Shown: positions 1 through 9,689 of the stretch, in pieces | Numbering within the stretch: the stretch's first letter is position 1 | Layout of the letters: each line of letters starts with the position of its first letter | Source: a virus | Direction: 5' to 3' (one strand) | IMG/VR virus record: IMGVR_UViG_3300048930_000192 | Location: 1-64,000 of that record | Length of the DNA: 64,000 nt | Notes under the pieces: generated by a model | What the model was told of the DNA's origin: nothing | Database searches by the model: none | Seen by the model: only the letters and a program-made list of their open reading frames with translations | Position numbers and translations under genes: made by a program

Positions 1-1236
1 TGTCTTGAATCCGATACGTGGCTGGAAGCTATCTTGCCCAACTGCTCTTACCATCTGGAGCGGTACGTATGGGCAATAGAAGATACCGGCGTCATAAGCG
101 TTTGGTCCCTTATAGCCAACGCAGAAGAAGTTCTTAGCAAGAGTAGAATAAGGATCAATATAAACTTTAATGCCACCGTTAATGGTACCAACGAAGGTGT
201 TACCGGTGTCATCATGAGTCAGATTACTAGCCACTGCTGGCGAATAATCAAGCTTACCAGCCATATCTAGTGCGGCAGCTACGTCAGAGTCGCAGATAAC
301 AAAGTTACCACGGCCTCTGCGAGTTTCCTTAGCGATCTGGTTGGCTTCACGAGCGATCTGATACAACAGGCCCTTGAACTTCTCAGCACTCCAACGACCA
401 TTGGCATCGACGTTAAGGTCGAATACACCAGCAGTCTGGGTAGTACCAGAGCGGCAGCCGAGCTTAGCAACGTAGTAGATGGTGCGAAGTACTTCTCTGT
501 TGATCTCGAAGAGGATTTCGTTGCTCAACATGGTAGCAAGTTCGTTCTCGACATCAAGCCCGTGAACAGCCTTCAGGTCTTGAGCAAGCTCAAGGCTCCA
601 TTCAGCCTTCAATGCGCGGGTCTTTGCTTCAACGACGGTCTTCTCGATAGAGAATCCCATGTCCTTGAACACAGTGCCGTTACCATCTGCAAGGTTTTCA
701 CCCTGGTTGGTAGTCATCGGGCGACCAGGCAAGGCATTGAACGGGTCAGTGTTACGCGAAGTTTCGCTAGTGTTGTTGAAGTCGAAGCCAGCGGTAAAGC
801 CCTTGCCAGCATAAGCAGTTGCACCAGTACCACCGTAGACGGTATCAGCTTCGAGGAACAGAGCCTCTTCGCCAGTAGCGCCACCACCGTACTTAGCACG
901 CAACGCAAAGATAAGACCAGTAGGTCCAGTCATTGGCTGAACGCCACAGAAGTCGTAGGCCATCAAGTTAGGCATAGCACGACGAACCATCGAGATGAGG
1001 ATCGGATCCCACATCGCGATTGGGTTACCAGCAGATCCACCAACACCACCACCGAAGCCAAGTGACGAGCTAGGTGCATTACCTATCACGTTACCGGGAC
1101 CTTCGTTCAGTGTCTGGCGGGTGTTCTCAAGCAGCACAGTGGTAACTGCGCGCTTATAACTATCTTTAATGTCCTTGGTTGCTGGCTCCCAGCGTTCCAT
1201 GAGTTCTTTGGTTACTTGAAACATCTGCATATTCAT
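1..1236 (-). CDS. gp23: Major capsid protein (T4 gp23-like), 3' end runs off the window; absent from the supplied ORF track
   Basis: Manual translation from the ATG at 1236 (SD AGGAG upstream): MNMQMFQVTKELMERWEP...DFCGVQPMTGPTGLIFALRAKY...HDDTGNTFVGTI...SFQPRIGFKT at the edge. These are hallmark gp23 motifs, and the gene follows gp22. Confidence 0.97.
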   Translation of the reverse strand, partial: MNMQMFQVTKELMERWEPATKDIKDSYKRAVTTVLLENTRQTLNEGPGNVIGNAPSSSLGFGGGVGGSAGNPIAMWDPILISMVRRAMPNLMAYDFCGVQPMTGPTGLIFALRAKYGGGATGEEALFLEADTVYGGTGATAYAGKGFTAGFDFNNTSETSRNTDPFNALPGRPMTTNQGENLADGNGTVFKDMGFSIEKTVVEAKTRALKAEWSLELAQDLKAVHGLDVENELATMLSNEILFEINREVLRTIYYVAKLGCRSGTTQTAGVFDLNVDANGRWSAEKFKGLLYQIAREANQIAKETRRGRGNFVICDSDVAAALDMAGKLDYSPAVASNLTHDDTGNTFVGTINGGIKVYIDPYSTLAKNFFCVGYKGPNAYDAGIFYCPYVPLQMVRAVGQDSFQPRIGFKT

Positions 1237-1263
1237 CTGAGTATTCTCCTTGATTGCTGCTTT

Positions 1264-1271
1264 TATTTATA
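1264..1271 (-). promoter_or_regulatory. T4-type late promoter TATAAATA upstream of gp23
   Basis: Plus strand TATTTATA = minus TATAAATA, an exact T4 late consensus, about 28 nt before the gp23 start. Confidence 0.8.
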
Positions 1272-1287
1272 AATCTTACTATTTTAC

Positions 1288-2403
1288 TTACGAATTCTTC
1301 TTGTTACCGAGCAGTCTTACTACTTCGTTAATGAGCGGATCATTGACTCTGTTAGTATTTTCAGTGATTACACCATTGGCATCATCTGCGTCTTGGTTAT
1401 TGGTGGTCTTTGGCTTGTTGGTGAAGTAGCTTTCTTTGATAGTAGTGAGCTTGGTTTCGTAAGACTCAATATCTTCATAAGAAATATCTTCTGCAAGGCT
1501 TAGGAACTTATCAAATTCAACATCAGTCAACGATTCGCCGATGTTAGAGATGATTTCAGCTTTCTGGCTCTGCTCTATCAGGTCACTCAATTCAATGTTG
1601 TTTTCCAACACTTCATTAAGGGCATCTTCGAGTTCTTCTTTCTCTGCGGCGAGTTGGTCGATGATGTCATCGCTGCCCTCTGGCACATCAAAGTTGTGCT
1701 CGACGAACAGAGTTCTAAGACCTTCCAAGAAGCTCTCAGAAATTTCAGCCCGTACACCACGCTCGATAGCGACTTGGTTGGCATCCATCCACTCGTCTGC
1801 AATGTAGTTAAGATAACCATCAAGCTGCTCAGCAAGAGTCTCGTAGTTTTCTTGGATAGCATTCTCTAGAATGGCATTGTATTCTTCAGCGATTTCTTCG
1901 CGAAGAACATTTTCACGCTCATTGAGGGCTGCTTCAAAGATAGTCTTAGCCTTGCTCTTGAAGTCCTCAGTCAGAGAATCGCCACCGCTAAAGAGTGCAT
2001 CAATATGAGCCTGGGCATCATAGCTCTCTTTAGCTTCTTTCTTCTCATCTTCCTCGTCTTCGCCATCCTCATCCTTCTTGGCTTTCTTCTTCTTGGCAAA
2101 GAAAGGATTCTCAGACTTTTCGTCCTTCTCATCCTCGTCATCTTCGTCCTCAGAGTCACCCTTAGCCTCAGAATCAGACTCAGTTACCTTCTCGGCAGTT
2201 GAGCCATTCGGGTCCTTGAGCTTTTCTGGGCCACCACCAGATGCAGATGGATACTTGGCTCTCTTGCCGGTATTCTCTGCATCCTTAGCTTCCTTAGTTC
2301 CTGGTCCAGTCAAAATTTCTTTTGCTTCTGAACCGGGAAGTTTTTCTGGTGCGGTATTTTCGGCGATGATCTTAGCAATACGGTCACGTAGACTGTCTGA
2401 CAT
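1288..2403 (-). CDS. gp22: Prohead core scaffold protein (gp22-like)
   Basis: Acidic coiled coil with LTEDFKSKAKTIFEAA, LDGYLNYIADEWM..N..AIERG and LTTIKESYF motifs; lies between gp21 and gp23. Confidence 0.95.
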   Translation of the reverse strand: MSDSLRDRIAKIIAENTAPEKLPGSEAKEILTGPGTKEAKDAENTGKRAKYPSASGGGPEKLKDPNGSTAEKVTESDSEAKGDSEDEDDEDEKDEKSENPFFAKKKKAKKDEDGEDEEDEKKEAKESYDAQAHIDALFSGGDSLTEDFKSKAKTIFEAALNERENVLREEIAEEYNAILENAIQENYETLAEQLDGYLNYIADEWMDANQVAIERGVRAEISESFLEGLRTLFVEHNFDVPEGSDDIIDQLAAEKEELEDALNEVLENNIELSDLIEQSQKAEIISNIGESLTDVEFDKFLSLAEDISYEDIESYETKLTTIKESYFTNKPKTTNNQDADDANGVITENTNRVNDPLINEVVRLLGNKKNS

Positions 2404-2427
2404 TCTTAAACTCCTGTTATATATGAT

Positions 2428-3090
2428 TTATTTATTCTTTGCAAGTTTTACCATAAAATCTGCAAATAGTGAGACCTTTGTTTCTTGTAACGCTCTGCGG
2501 GTAGCACGTTCGATTTGAAGTTTATATTCGTTAATTTGCTTCTCTCGTATGATACCATTATCCCATATCCACTCTTTGCCTTCCATGATACCTCTTACAA
2601 AGGCGTCTGGTGCACTCGGATCTGCTACTATGTCGGCAGCAGTACAAAGACGGAAATCGTCATTGATGATATTCATACCTTCTTTTTCAGTCAGACTACC
2701 AACACCTCTACTGGATACACCAAGAGTTGCACCTTCGTCCATCAGATTCTTGACAATTTTACCGTGCGGCGTATCTATAATCTTAGCTTTACCGATAAAG
2801 TCATTACCTTCACGCTTTAGGCTCTTGATGATATGGCTAACTCGGTCTAGATTGATCTCTGGATTACTAGGGTGAGATAGTTCGCCGAAGGCTCTATTGC
2901 CGCCAATCATTTCTTTAATGTATCTGGCAGTCTCTTTCTCAAGAACCTTCATTGGGTAAAATCGACCATTGCGGTTCTTAATCTCTGCTTGCAGAAACGG
3001 ACCTTCAATGTAATATGACTTAGGTTTACCGGCTTCTTCGGTAACAACCTTAAATTGCACTGCTTCGTTTATTTCTCTGATTAGTTTCAT
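2428..3090 (-). CDS. gp21: Prohead protease (gp21-like)
   Basis: IEGPFLQAEIKNRNGRFYP, GELSHP, LGVSSRGVGSL and DIVADPSAPDAFV motifs. Confidence 0.97.
   Translation of the reverse strand: MKLIREINEAVQFKVVTEEAGKPKSYYIEGPFLQAEIKNRNGRFYPMKVLEKETARYIKEMIGGNRAFGELSHPSNPEINLDRVSHIIKSLKREGNDFIGKAKIIDTPHGKIVKNLMDEGATLGVSSRGVGSLTEKEGMNIINDDFRLCTAADIVADPSAPDAFVRGIMEGKEWIWDNGIIREKQINEYKLQIERATRRALQETKVSLFADFMVKLAKNK
2429..2436 (-). promoter_or_regulatory. Probable late promoter variant AATAAATA upstream of gp22
   Basis: Matches NATAAATA; overlaps the gp21 stop, about 26 nt before the gp22 ATG. Confidence 0.45.
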
Positions 3091-3112
3091 ATATTATATT
3101 TAGAATAAATGG

Positions 3113-3556
3113 TTATTTAAAGCCCAAAAGTTTATCTATTTCTAGTATTACTGATATACCAGAGTTAGGTGGCACGGATCCAGTGTTTCTTAAAGTTATT
3201 ATATTGTTTCTATCTGAACCAGTATAAGATGTATGAATTGCATTGCCCGCTGCATACAAATCAAACATACCTGAGCCGTTTAGATTAAGCAATGGCTGAC
3301 CGGTCAGACTACCAGAGAGACCAAATGCCAGTTCTATACTACATGCAGTTGTAGATACAGGCATACTCCAGTATATTCTAGAGATGCCCATATTAGTGCC
3401 GGTCACACTGGTTAGACCCTTAAAGCCGTATAATTCAGATGGCTTTATCTCGCCGGTAAGGCCACTGACGTTTAATGTAACAGAAGTGGCATAATTAAAT
3501 GCAACAGTTGATCTTTGCAGGCTGTCTTGTACAATTGTTTTATTAAAACTTGGCAT
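3113..3556 (-). CDS. Hypothetical probable virion/head protein, rich in G-x-T-G motifs
   Basis: 147-aa ORF inside the head operon, abutting its neighbours; contains SGLTG, KGLTSVTG and GSLTG. Confidence 0.7.
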   Translation of the reverse strand: MPSFNKTIVQDSLQRSTVAFNYATSVTLNVSGLTGEIKPSELYGFKGLTSVTGTNMGISRIYWSMPVSTTACSIELAFGLSGSLTGQPLLNLNGSGMFDLYAAGNAIHTSYTGSDRNNIITLRNTGSVPPNSGISVILEIDKLLGFK

Positions 3557-5122
3557 TTATTTGTCCTTCTTTCGCACATTTATTGGTTCAGCCCATCTTA
3601 TTCTTTTAAAGAATCGATCTTTAGAATCTTTCTTATAATGGAGTGCTTTTGGATTTTGGCGATTATTTTTAGATGCGGTTCTTTGACGACGGTTCCAATA
3701 TAAATCCTTTGGGTCACCTCTCTCGCGAGTACCAGTACGAGATTCTGTCACTGTTGATTCGCCACGCAATCTCTTAAATCTATTGGATCTACGAGAATCT
3801 GATGGTAAGTCATTGCCGTGTTTGGCAAGCAAATTATTCGCTCTTGCATTGCGCATTTGTTTGTTTGATATCGTCTTTATTGCTTTAGAAGTTCGACCGT
3901 CGGTACCCAACATCTTTCTTACTTTAGAAACAGATCCGATGTCGGTAGATGATTCTTTTCTTAAACCAACCTTTCGCTTTTCCCGTTCTGCTTTCTTGGC
4001 TGCGGTGTCCATTTTAATTGGTGCGTGTCCGGAAGGCACACCGAAATTACGTCGATTATTTTTGAGCAACTCATCGTTTGAATATCCCAAAGATCTATTT
4101 TTTCGTTTTAAAGAGGATCTCATTTGTGAGATGCGCCTTTTATTTGGAGATTTTGTACCAAATTCCGCGGCGAGCGCGCCGGCGCGCATCTTACCAATAG
4201 CACTACTCTTTCTACGTAAGGTATGGTGTGTGGCTTCCTTGATGCTCTGCTGTTGAGGCTCATATCTGCTATTGATGCCAACCTTTCGCTTTTCCCGTTC
4301 TGCTTTCTTGGCTGTGGTGTCCATCAATGACCGTTCAGCTGGCTTGGGATATGGTCGCAATGCGCGGTTTAGTGTAGTCTTTGTCATTGTTCGACGGCCC
4401 GGGTCATACTTATTTTGAACATTGTTTAGATTTCGTAGTTTACGATTGGCGTTGCCGATTGACTTACCAGAATCCTTTTTTAGGTATCCAATGTATTTAT
4501 CGTGAGCATTATCCATCTTAGATCTACTAACCTTAATAGATTTACCAGATTTTTTAGCATTTAAAGAATGTATATCTCGCACCGAGGTTGGCGCGGATTC
4601 ACTGACTTTACGTTTACCTGCAAGATTACTAATCTTATCACTTAACGATAGACTTTTTGCAGCAAGACGACCCATTGCACGACCAACTTTTGGTGCGAAT
4701 TTACCGTTGCTCTTGAACGTGCGATAATGCGCATCATTGGCGTTTCTGTTTACTCGACCCTTCTTAATAGTTGCCTGAAATATTTTCTTGTCGGAATCTG
4801 GCACGCCGGGATTATGCTTATCGACGAATTTCTTGAATCTAGAAGTGCTCATTTGGTGAGCCTGGTAGGCTTCTTTGTTTACAAATTGCTTAAAACGACC
4901 AGACTGGTTATCTTGGTAATGTTTAGTTTTTGCGCTAGGTGGTATTACATTGGCTTTACCAGTTTTGCGATTATACGATAGAAATTCATGACCATGGTCT
5001 TTTACGTTATTTTTGCGATCATTTTCCCATGATCTTCTTTCTCTGCGGTTATAACCACTATACGAAGACTTGCGGTCTTCGCCGCGTTTCCATTCGGTGA
5101 TAAAAGAACTAAATTTCTGCAT
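3557..5122 (-). CDS. Highly basic putative internal head (poly)protein with a capsid-targeting-like N-terminus
   Basis: The ORF track starts at 5173, but the ATG at 5122 has SD AGAGG 5 nt upstream and gives MQKFSSFITE. K/R-rich; located in the prohead core region. Confidence 0.7.
   Translation of the reverse strand: MQKFSSFITEWKRGEDRKSSYSGYNRRERRSWENDRKNNVKDHGHEFLSYNRKTGKANVIPPSAKTKHYQDNQSGRFKQFVNKEAYQAHQMSTSRFKKFVDKHNPGVPDSDKKIFQATIKKGRVNRNANDAHYRTFKSNGKFAPKVGRAMGRLAAKSLSLSDKISNLAGKRKVSESAPTSVRDIHSLNAKKSGKSIKVSRSKMDNAHDKYIGYLKKDSGKSIGNANRKLRNLNNVQNKYDPGRRTMTKTTLNRALRPYPKPAERSLMDTTAKKAEREKRKVGINSRYEPQQQSIKEATHHTLRRKSSAIGKMRAGALAAEFGTKSPNKRRISQMRSSLKRKNRSLGYSNDELLKNNRRNFGVPSGHAPIKMDTAAKKAEREKRKVGLRKESSTDIGSVSKVRKMLGTDGRTSKAIKTISNKQMRNARANNLLAKHGNDLPSDSRRSNRFKRLRGESTVTESRTGTRERGDPKDLYWNRRQRTASKNNRQNPKALHYKKDSKDRFFKRIRWAEPINVRKKDK
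3966..4324. repeat. 47-bp dispersed direct repeat (3966-4012 and 4278-4324, 1 mismatch) encoding MDT(T/A)AKKAEREKRKVG
   Basis: CCAACCTTTCGCTTTTCCCGTTCTGCTTTCTTGGCTG(C/T)GGTGTCCAT occurs twice. Confidence 0.9.
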
Positions 5123-5178
5123 TGTTGCCTCTCTTTTGGCTACATCATTACTGTAGTTTTCTTTACTCGGCATGACTA

Positions 5179-6366
5179 TTAGCAGCCTTTCTTGTTCTTT
5201 ACTGTTGCGTTCTTATCAATACCAGTCTTCTTTAACCAACGGGCTTGCTTTGCAAGATCTCTTGTAGATGGACCATTTTTCTTAGAAGGGCGATCACCGT
5301 CGAATACTGGCTTCTCGCTGATTGTGTTAGTATCACCTTCTAGGTCTTCGCCCAATTTTCTTTTTGCTCGTTCATCTTTCTTGATATAAGGATTTACTGG
5401 GTTTCTTTTTGTGCCAGAAGATTTCCAATTTGGTTTTGTAGTAACATCTCTACTATTGGGGCTAAATTTATTGAGTCTATTTCTGTAGGCTTTTAGTCGT
5501 CTATTGAATCCACCTTTGTCTGATGGAACGGATGCCGCATTACCATCATCGGTGCCATCGTCGTCATGTGGTGCTTTCTTTAATAGTCTACCCAAAGATT
5601 TAGAAACCTTTGACTTAACAAGGTTATTTTTTAAATTTTGGTTTCCACTATTTGCAAGTTTTTTCCATTTTCTAGGTGTTGACTCGTCTAGATTTTCAAC
5701 TTCTAGGTCTTCTTTCTTCAAACCACCGGCAGCTTTGCGCTTCGCGTCTGCTTCCGCAGCCTTACGGGCAAGATATGCCTTACGATCTTTAGCAATCTTA
5801 AGGCCCTGCTTTGGCATCAAGTTATCTTCTGGAGTGTCGTCGGATCTTTCTGGGCGCCGTTCGTCGTCACGAAGACCAGCAAGGCGATTCTCATTGATTT
5901 CGTCTTCGTCCTCTTCGTCTTCTGCGAAGTGATTAAGCACATCCTCTAGATTGTCAGCAGATTCGCTAACCAATGCAGCAAAGATGTTTCTATTTTCTTC
6001 GTCTAGGTTATCGTAGATGTCTACAATAGACTCAGAAAGTTCGGTGTCTATTTCGACTACTTCACCGTCTGGATAAGTATATTCGAAACTATCACCGGTT
6101 CTGTAACTTTCTGCAATAGCAGGCAGTAATCCACTGTCGTATTCATTAAGAATGCAACTTTCAGATATAGTAAAGTACTTGTTATAAAGACCAAGTTCTT
6201 CTGCAATTTCAATCAACCGATTAGAAATTTCTTCATCCGCAATGCGTTGCGCAATGATAGAAAGAGCCTCAGTGATATCTTGCACTTCTTCTGAAATCAA
6301 AGAATTGGTGTCTTCGACGAGTTCGTTTGATTCGTCTAGCCGTATTTGTCTAAAATCTTTCATCAT
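5179..6366 (-). CDS. Prohead core protein (gp67/gp68 position), acidic N-half and basic C-half
   Basis: Directly downstream of the portal gene; many I/L/V-x-E sites (LDES, ITEA, ISES, IAES, LSES, VSES). Confidence 0.65.
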   Translation of the reverse strand: MMKDFRQIRLDESNELVEDTNSLISEEVQDITEALSIIAQRIADEEISNRLIEIAEELGLYNKYFTISESCILNEYDSGLLPAIAESYRTGDSFEYTYPDGEVVEIDTELSESIVDIYDNLDEENRNIFAALVSESADNLEDVLNHFAEDEEDEDEINENRLAGLRDDERRPERSDDTPEDNLMPKQGLKIAKDRKAYLARKAAEADAKRKAAGGLKKEDLEVENLDESTPRKWKKLANSGNQNLKNNLVKSKVSKSLGRLLKKAPHDDDGTDDGNAASVPSDKGGFNRRLKAYRNRLNKFSPNSRDVTTKPNWKSSGTKRNPVNPYIKKDERAKRKLGEDLEGDTNTISEKPVFDGDRPSKKNGPSTRDLAKQARWLKKTGIDKNATVKNKKGC

Positions 6367-6374
6367 TCTTTCCT

Positions 6375-8114
6375 TTATAACTTGGGAAACTTTTTAATAT
6401 CTGGAAGTTCTTTATCTTTCAACTTATCTTCTTTGTCGTATTGTCTGGGATCGTATTTCTGCCCATACTCGTTATCGGGTGCCTCGCCACCAAATTCATC
6501 TTGACGTTGATTTGGTTGTGATAAACCCTGTTTGACCTTCTCGTCGTTGTCAAATTTATCAATTTCAACTTTATTTATTATATCCTGTTTGTTCTCGTCT
6601 TCTATTTCTTCTTGCATCTGCTTGACTTCTTGGTCATCACGACGAAGAACATTCTTTAGAACATACGCTCTACTATAATACTTGCCAATATATGGCTCCA
6701 TATTAGTAATTGTAGAAAGACGTTCATTCTCAACTTCAAGTTCTTTAAGTTCACTAAAGTACATATCTTGCAAGAAGTGGAATCTTATCTTTGGCTTTAG
6801 TTCTTCCCAATATTCGTCTGTAACGATACCCTTTAGAATTAGCTGCTTACGAAGCAAATCATAAAATAAATCTGCGAACTTGGTTCTTAGTCTTTCTATG
6901 AACTTGGCAAATTTAATTTCATCTCTACTAATTTCTGTAGATCTACCAATTTGAAAACTCTTTTGTTCGCTTTGTAGACGAGAAAAGGGTATGTTCAAAC
7001 TCTTATACAGTTTATTTAAGAAATACTGAACGTCATCAATTTGGTTTAGATTGCTTGCACCGGGCAATGTGCTAATTGTAGTGCCGTTAGATCCGGCAGA
7101 TTTTGGCATCCAGAAGTCTTCTAGTACGCTCATATATCTACGGTCATCTCTTACTTCACCGGTAGCGGCGTCATACTGCAATTTAGAACGGTACTTAGTA
7201 ATTAACTCTTTAAGATATTGCTCTGCTTTAGGTCTAGGCAGGTTACCAACGTCTACGTTAAATACTCGGCGCTCTGGTGCTCGTGCAAGACGATAAATTA
7301 CCATCGAATCTTCGAGCATCTTAACTTGATTCATTGTGCGAATTGCTTTATGCAAATGCCCGTAAATCAACTTTTTAGTCGGATCATATAAACCAGAATT
7401 AACATATGTTATAATATCTGGGCTAAGTTTAAATGCCTTCATTTGAGGTGAAGATCTAATTAGTGGATTAGAATTGTCTATACTATCTCTAGAATACAGA
7501 TAAAACTCTTTTGTGCCAGTAATTAATTCATTACCGTTCTGATCTTTTTCTTTTGTAATTTCTCTTACTTTGCGAATATTAAGAGGATCAACATATCTGA
7601 CTTCTAGAATACCTTTAGAAGTATCCTTTTCATCTATGATAGTATGAAAGTATAATCTGGCATCAACATACCATCTCTTAAAAAGGTCATACCCTCTGCT
7701 GCGAAATTGAATTAGTTCTAGCACCTTTTCAAATTCTAAATTAATCTTGTCTCTAGTTTCTGGTCGTAACCATTCTAATTCATTAGCTTTGTCTAATATT
7801 AGCTTAACTGGATTTTCAATTTCGTCTGTAACAATAGCCTCGTTTACAATTTCTTCGATGGCTACGTCAATTTCTGGAAATGAACTCATGCTACGATAAC
7901 GAAGAATTACTTCATTATCATTGCGATAAGTGCCGTCCATGTCTAAGCTATAAGTCTGAAAGACACCATCTGCTGATGGTGCTCTTTCAATATTAATAGC
8001 TCCGTCGTCATAGTCGGGTGGAACAAATGACGCCTTCTTGTCTTCCAACTTTTCTAAAGCCGGAGACGGTTTGTTTATCCAGCCGAACATTTCACCGAAC
8101 TTTGGGAACTTCAT
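6375..8114 (-). CDS. gp20: Portal vertex protein (gp20-like)
   Basis: WYVDARLYFH, HLHKAIR..NQVKMLEDSMVIYRLARAPERRVFNVDVGNLP and EISRDEIKFAKFIERLR motifs. Confidence 0.98.
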   Translation of the reverse strand: MKFPKFGEMFGWINKPSPALEKLEDKKASFVPPDYDDGAINIERAPSADGVFQTYSLDMDGTYRNDNEVILRYRSMSSFPEIDVAIEEIVNEAIVTDEIENPVKLILDKANELEWLRPETRDKINLEFEKVLELIQFRSRGYDLFKRWYVDARLYFHTIIDEKDTSKGILEVRYVDPLNIRKVREITKEKDQNGNELITGTKEFYLYSRDSIDNSNPLIRSSPQMKAFKLSPDIITYVNSGLYDPTKKLIYGHLHKAIRTMNQVKMLEDSMVIYRLARAPERRVFNVDVGNLPRPKAEQYLKELITKYRSKLQYDAATGEVRDDRRYMSVLEDFWMPKSAGSNGTTISTLPGASNLNQIDDVQYFLNKLYKSLNIPFSRLQSEQKSFQIGRSTEISRDEIKFAKFIERLRTKFADLFYDLLRKQLILKGIVTDEYWEELKPKIRFHFLQDMYFSELKELEVENERLSTITNMEPYIGKYYSRAYVLKNVLRRDDQEVKQMQEEIEDENKQDIINKVEIDKFDNDEKVKQGLSQPNQRQDEFGGEAPDNEYGQKYDPRQYDKEDKLKDKELPDIKKFPKL

Positions 8115-8137
8115 TATAATTTACAACCTTTGCGAAT

Positions 8138-8674
8138 TTAGCTCGTGGTGCCAAGAGTTCTGTAATACTGATATTGTAGAGTTACTTGGAATGTTTCGAT
8201 TTCTGTTGCAGGCGTCTGATCAAGGTCGATGCTAGATACAACACTTGGCCAGCAATCTACGAACGAATATTTCTTGACATCTCTGCCTTCTCTGTCAATT
8301 TGAGTTACAGTCCAGTCAAACGCATACGAAGCAAGACCGTTACGACCCACGTTGCTTTCAATGCGGTTCATAATATCACTCCATCTTTCGAAGGCGTTAC
8401 GCAACGAAAAGTCGTTATCGTTATAAACTGTAATTGCCCATGGCGCAAATGCACGGTCGCCTGCAAGCTTCAAGTATCTACCTTGAAACGGTACAGTACA
8501 TACACCAAGGTTTGCTTCTGGCAAAGAAGCAGCACGAACCAAAAATCTGATCTTATTTGACGGATTCAGCCCGGCTGCTGCGACACTTTCACCGGGAAAT
8601 ATACCGTCCACGCGGAAGAGGTTTCTTCTAGCGCCACCGAATCCCAGTTCATTTTTGAACATCGATATATTCAC
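8138..8674 (-). CDS. gp19: Tail tube protein (gp19-like)
   Basis: GGARRNLFRV, VPFQGRYLKLAGDRAF.PW.ITVYND.DF.LRNAFERW motifs; GTG start with SD AAGGAG. Confidence 0.96.
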   Translation of the reverse strand: MNISMFKNELGFGGARRNLFRVDGIFPGESVAAAGLNPSNKIRFLVRAASLPEANLGVCTVPFQGRYLKLAGDRAFAPWAITVYNDNDFSLRNAFERWSDIMNRIESNVGRNGLASYAFDWTVTQIDREGRDVKKYSFVDCWPSVVSSIDLDQTPATEIETFQVTLQYQYYRTLGTTS

Positions 8675-8705
8675 CGATTTACTCCTTGAATTAATACTAC
8701 AAATC

Positions 8706-8713
8706 TATTTATT
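8706..8713 (-). promoter_or_regulatory. Probable late promoter variant AATAAATA upstream of gp19
   Basis: Minus strand reads TAAATAAATAG in the spacer between the endonuclease and gp19. Confidence 0.5.
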
Positions 8714-8716
8714 TAA

Positions 8717-8748
8717 TTTGATCCAAACAATTTACTGTTTGGATCAAA
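8717..8748 (-). terminator. Hairpin/terminator downstream of the homing endonuclease
   Basis: Perfect 13-bp inverted repeat TTTGATCCAAACA-ATTTAC-TGTTTGGATCAAA. Confidence 0.6.
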
Positions 8749-8766
8749 ATGGTTACTTAAAGGGCA

Positions 8767-9639
8767 TTATAAAGCGTTTAGGGCCGTGATCTCGTCAATT
8801 AAACCAGAATATACTTCATTGCATTTTTGTATAGTATATCCGTGGTGTGGAAATGTGAATCCGCCGTAATTTTTGTTATTTTTTACTGTTTTTAGTTTTC
8901 TGTAAATAGACATAAGTGCTCTTATTAGTTTATCGTCGTTTATTACTGTGGATAAAGTTTTTGTGAACTTGACCGTGTTATCTGGTAATGTTACTTTCCA
9001 TGTGTAACTATGATACTTGTTTCCTTTATTTATGTTTCTAAGGTTATTTTTATGCTCTTCTGTTCTCTTATATCGTGCTGCACATCTAATCTTTTCTTTA
9101 GATTCTTCGCATAATATAATTTTCCTGCCAGTATTAGCTTTTCTTAACTTTTCTCTTGTTTCTGCACTGGCTACACGACCACGACTAGCATCACCGATCT
9201 TTTTTCTTGTTTCAGCAGAAAATTTTCTACCAATATTTGCAATTCGTAGTTTTTCTATTACCTCTTGTGGTCTAGGAATACCCCTGCGAGATTTGCTCAT
9301 TTTTTTCTTTGTTTCGTCGTTGTGAGTCGGGCATCCACCGCCACCAGAATTTGAGTTTAATCCACATAAATTGCTGTTATATTGCTCTATGTAAAATATC
9401 TCTTTTTTTAGAGCATCAATTTTAGACAAATTTTCTTCTAATATAGAACACTTGAAGTAATCTTTGCCATATTTTAACAATTCAGACTGAAACTTTGATA
9501 CAATTTTGCCCTTTTTGTGCAAATTTTGAGCATTATAAAAATGAGAATGGAATCTTCTATGGGCTTGTGATGATGTCACGCCTATGTAAATTTGGCTTGT
9601 AGGAATACACGTTATTTTATATACTAAGAATCTTTTCAT
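8767..9639 (-). mobile_element. Free-standing GIY-YIG homing endonuclease with NUMOD3-type repeats, inserted between gp18 and gp19
   Basis: N-terminal LVYKIT...QIYIGVT..RRF..H; repeats HNDETKKKMSKSRRG, FSAETRKKIGDASRG, ASAETREKLRKANTG; more AT-rich than the flanking genes. Confidence 0.92.
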
Positions 9640-9655
9640 TTATTTTATCCAAAAT

Positions 9656-9685
9656 ATGGTTCAACCTCATTACAGGTTGAACCAT
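9656..9685 (-). terminator. Hairpin/terminator between the gp18 stop and the endonuclease start
   Basis: Perfect 12-bp inverted repeat ATGGTTCAACCT-CATTAC-AGGTTGAACCAT, followed on the minus strand by ATTTT. Confidence 0.65.
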
Positions 9686-9689
9686 GGTA

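Noticed and set aside
34-1065. Plus-strand ORFs 34-270 and 562-1065 and short minus-strand ORFs in the track
   Set aside because: They are antisense or off-frame shadows of gp23, which the track missed because it has no stop inside the window.
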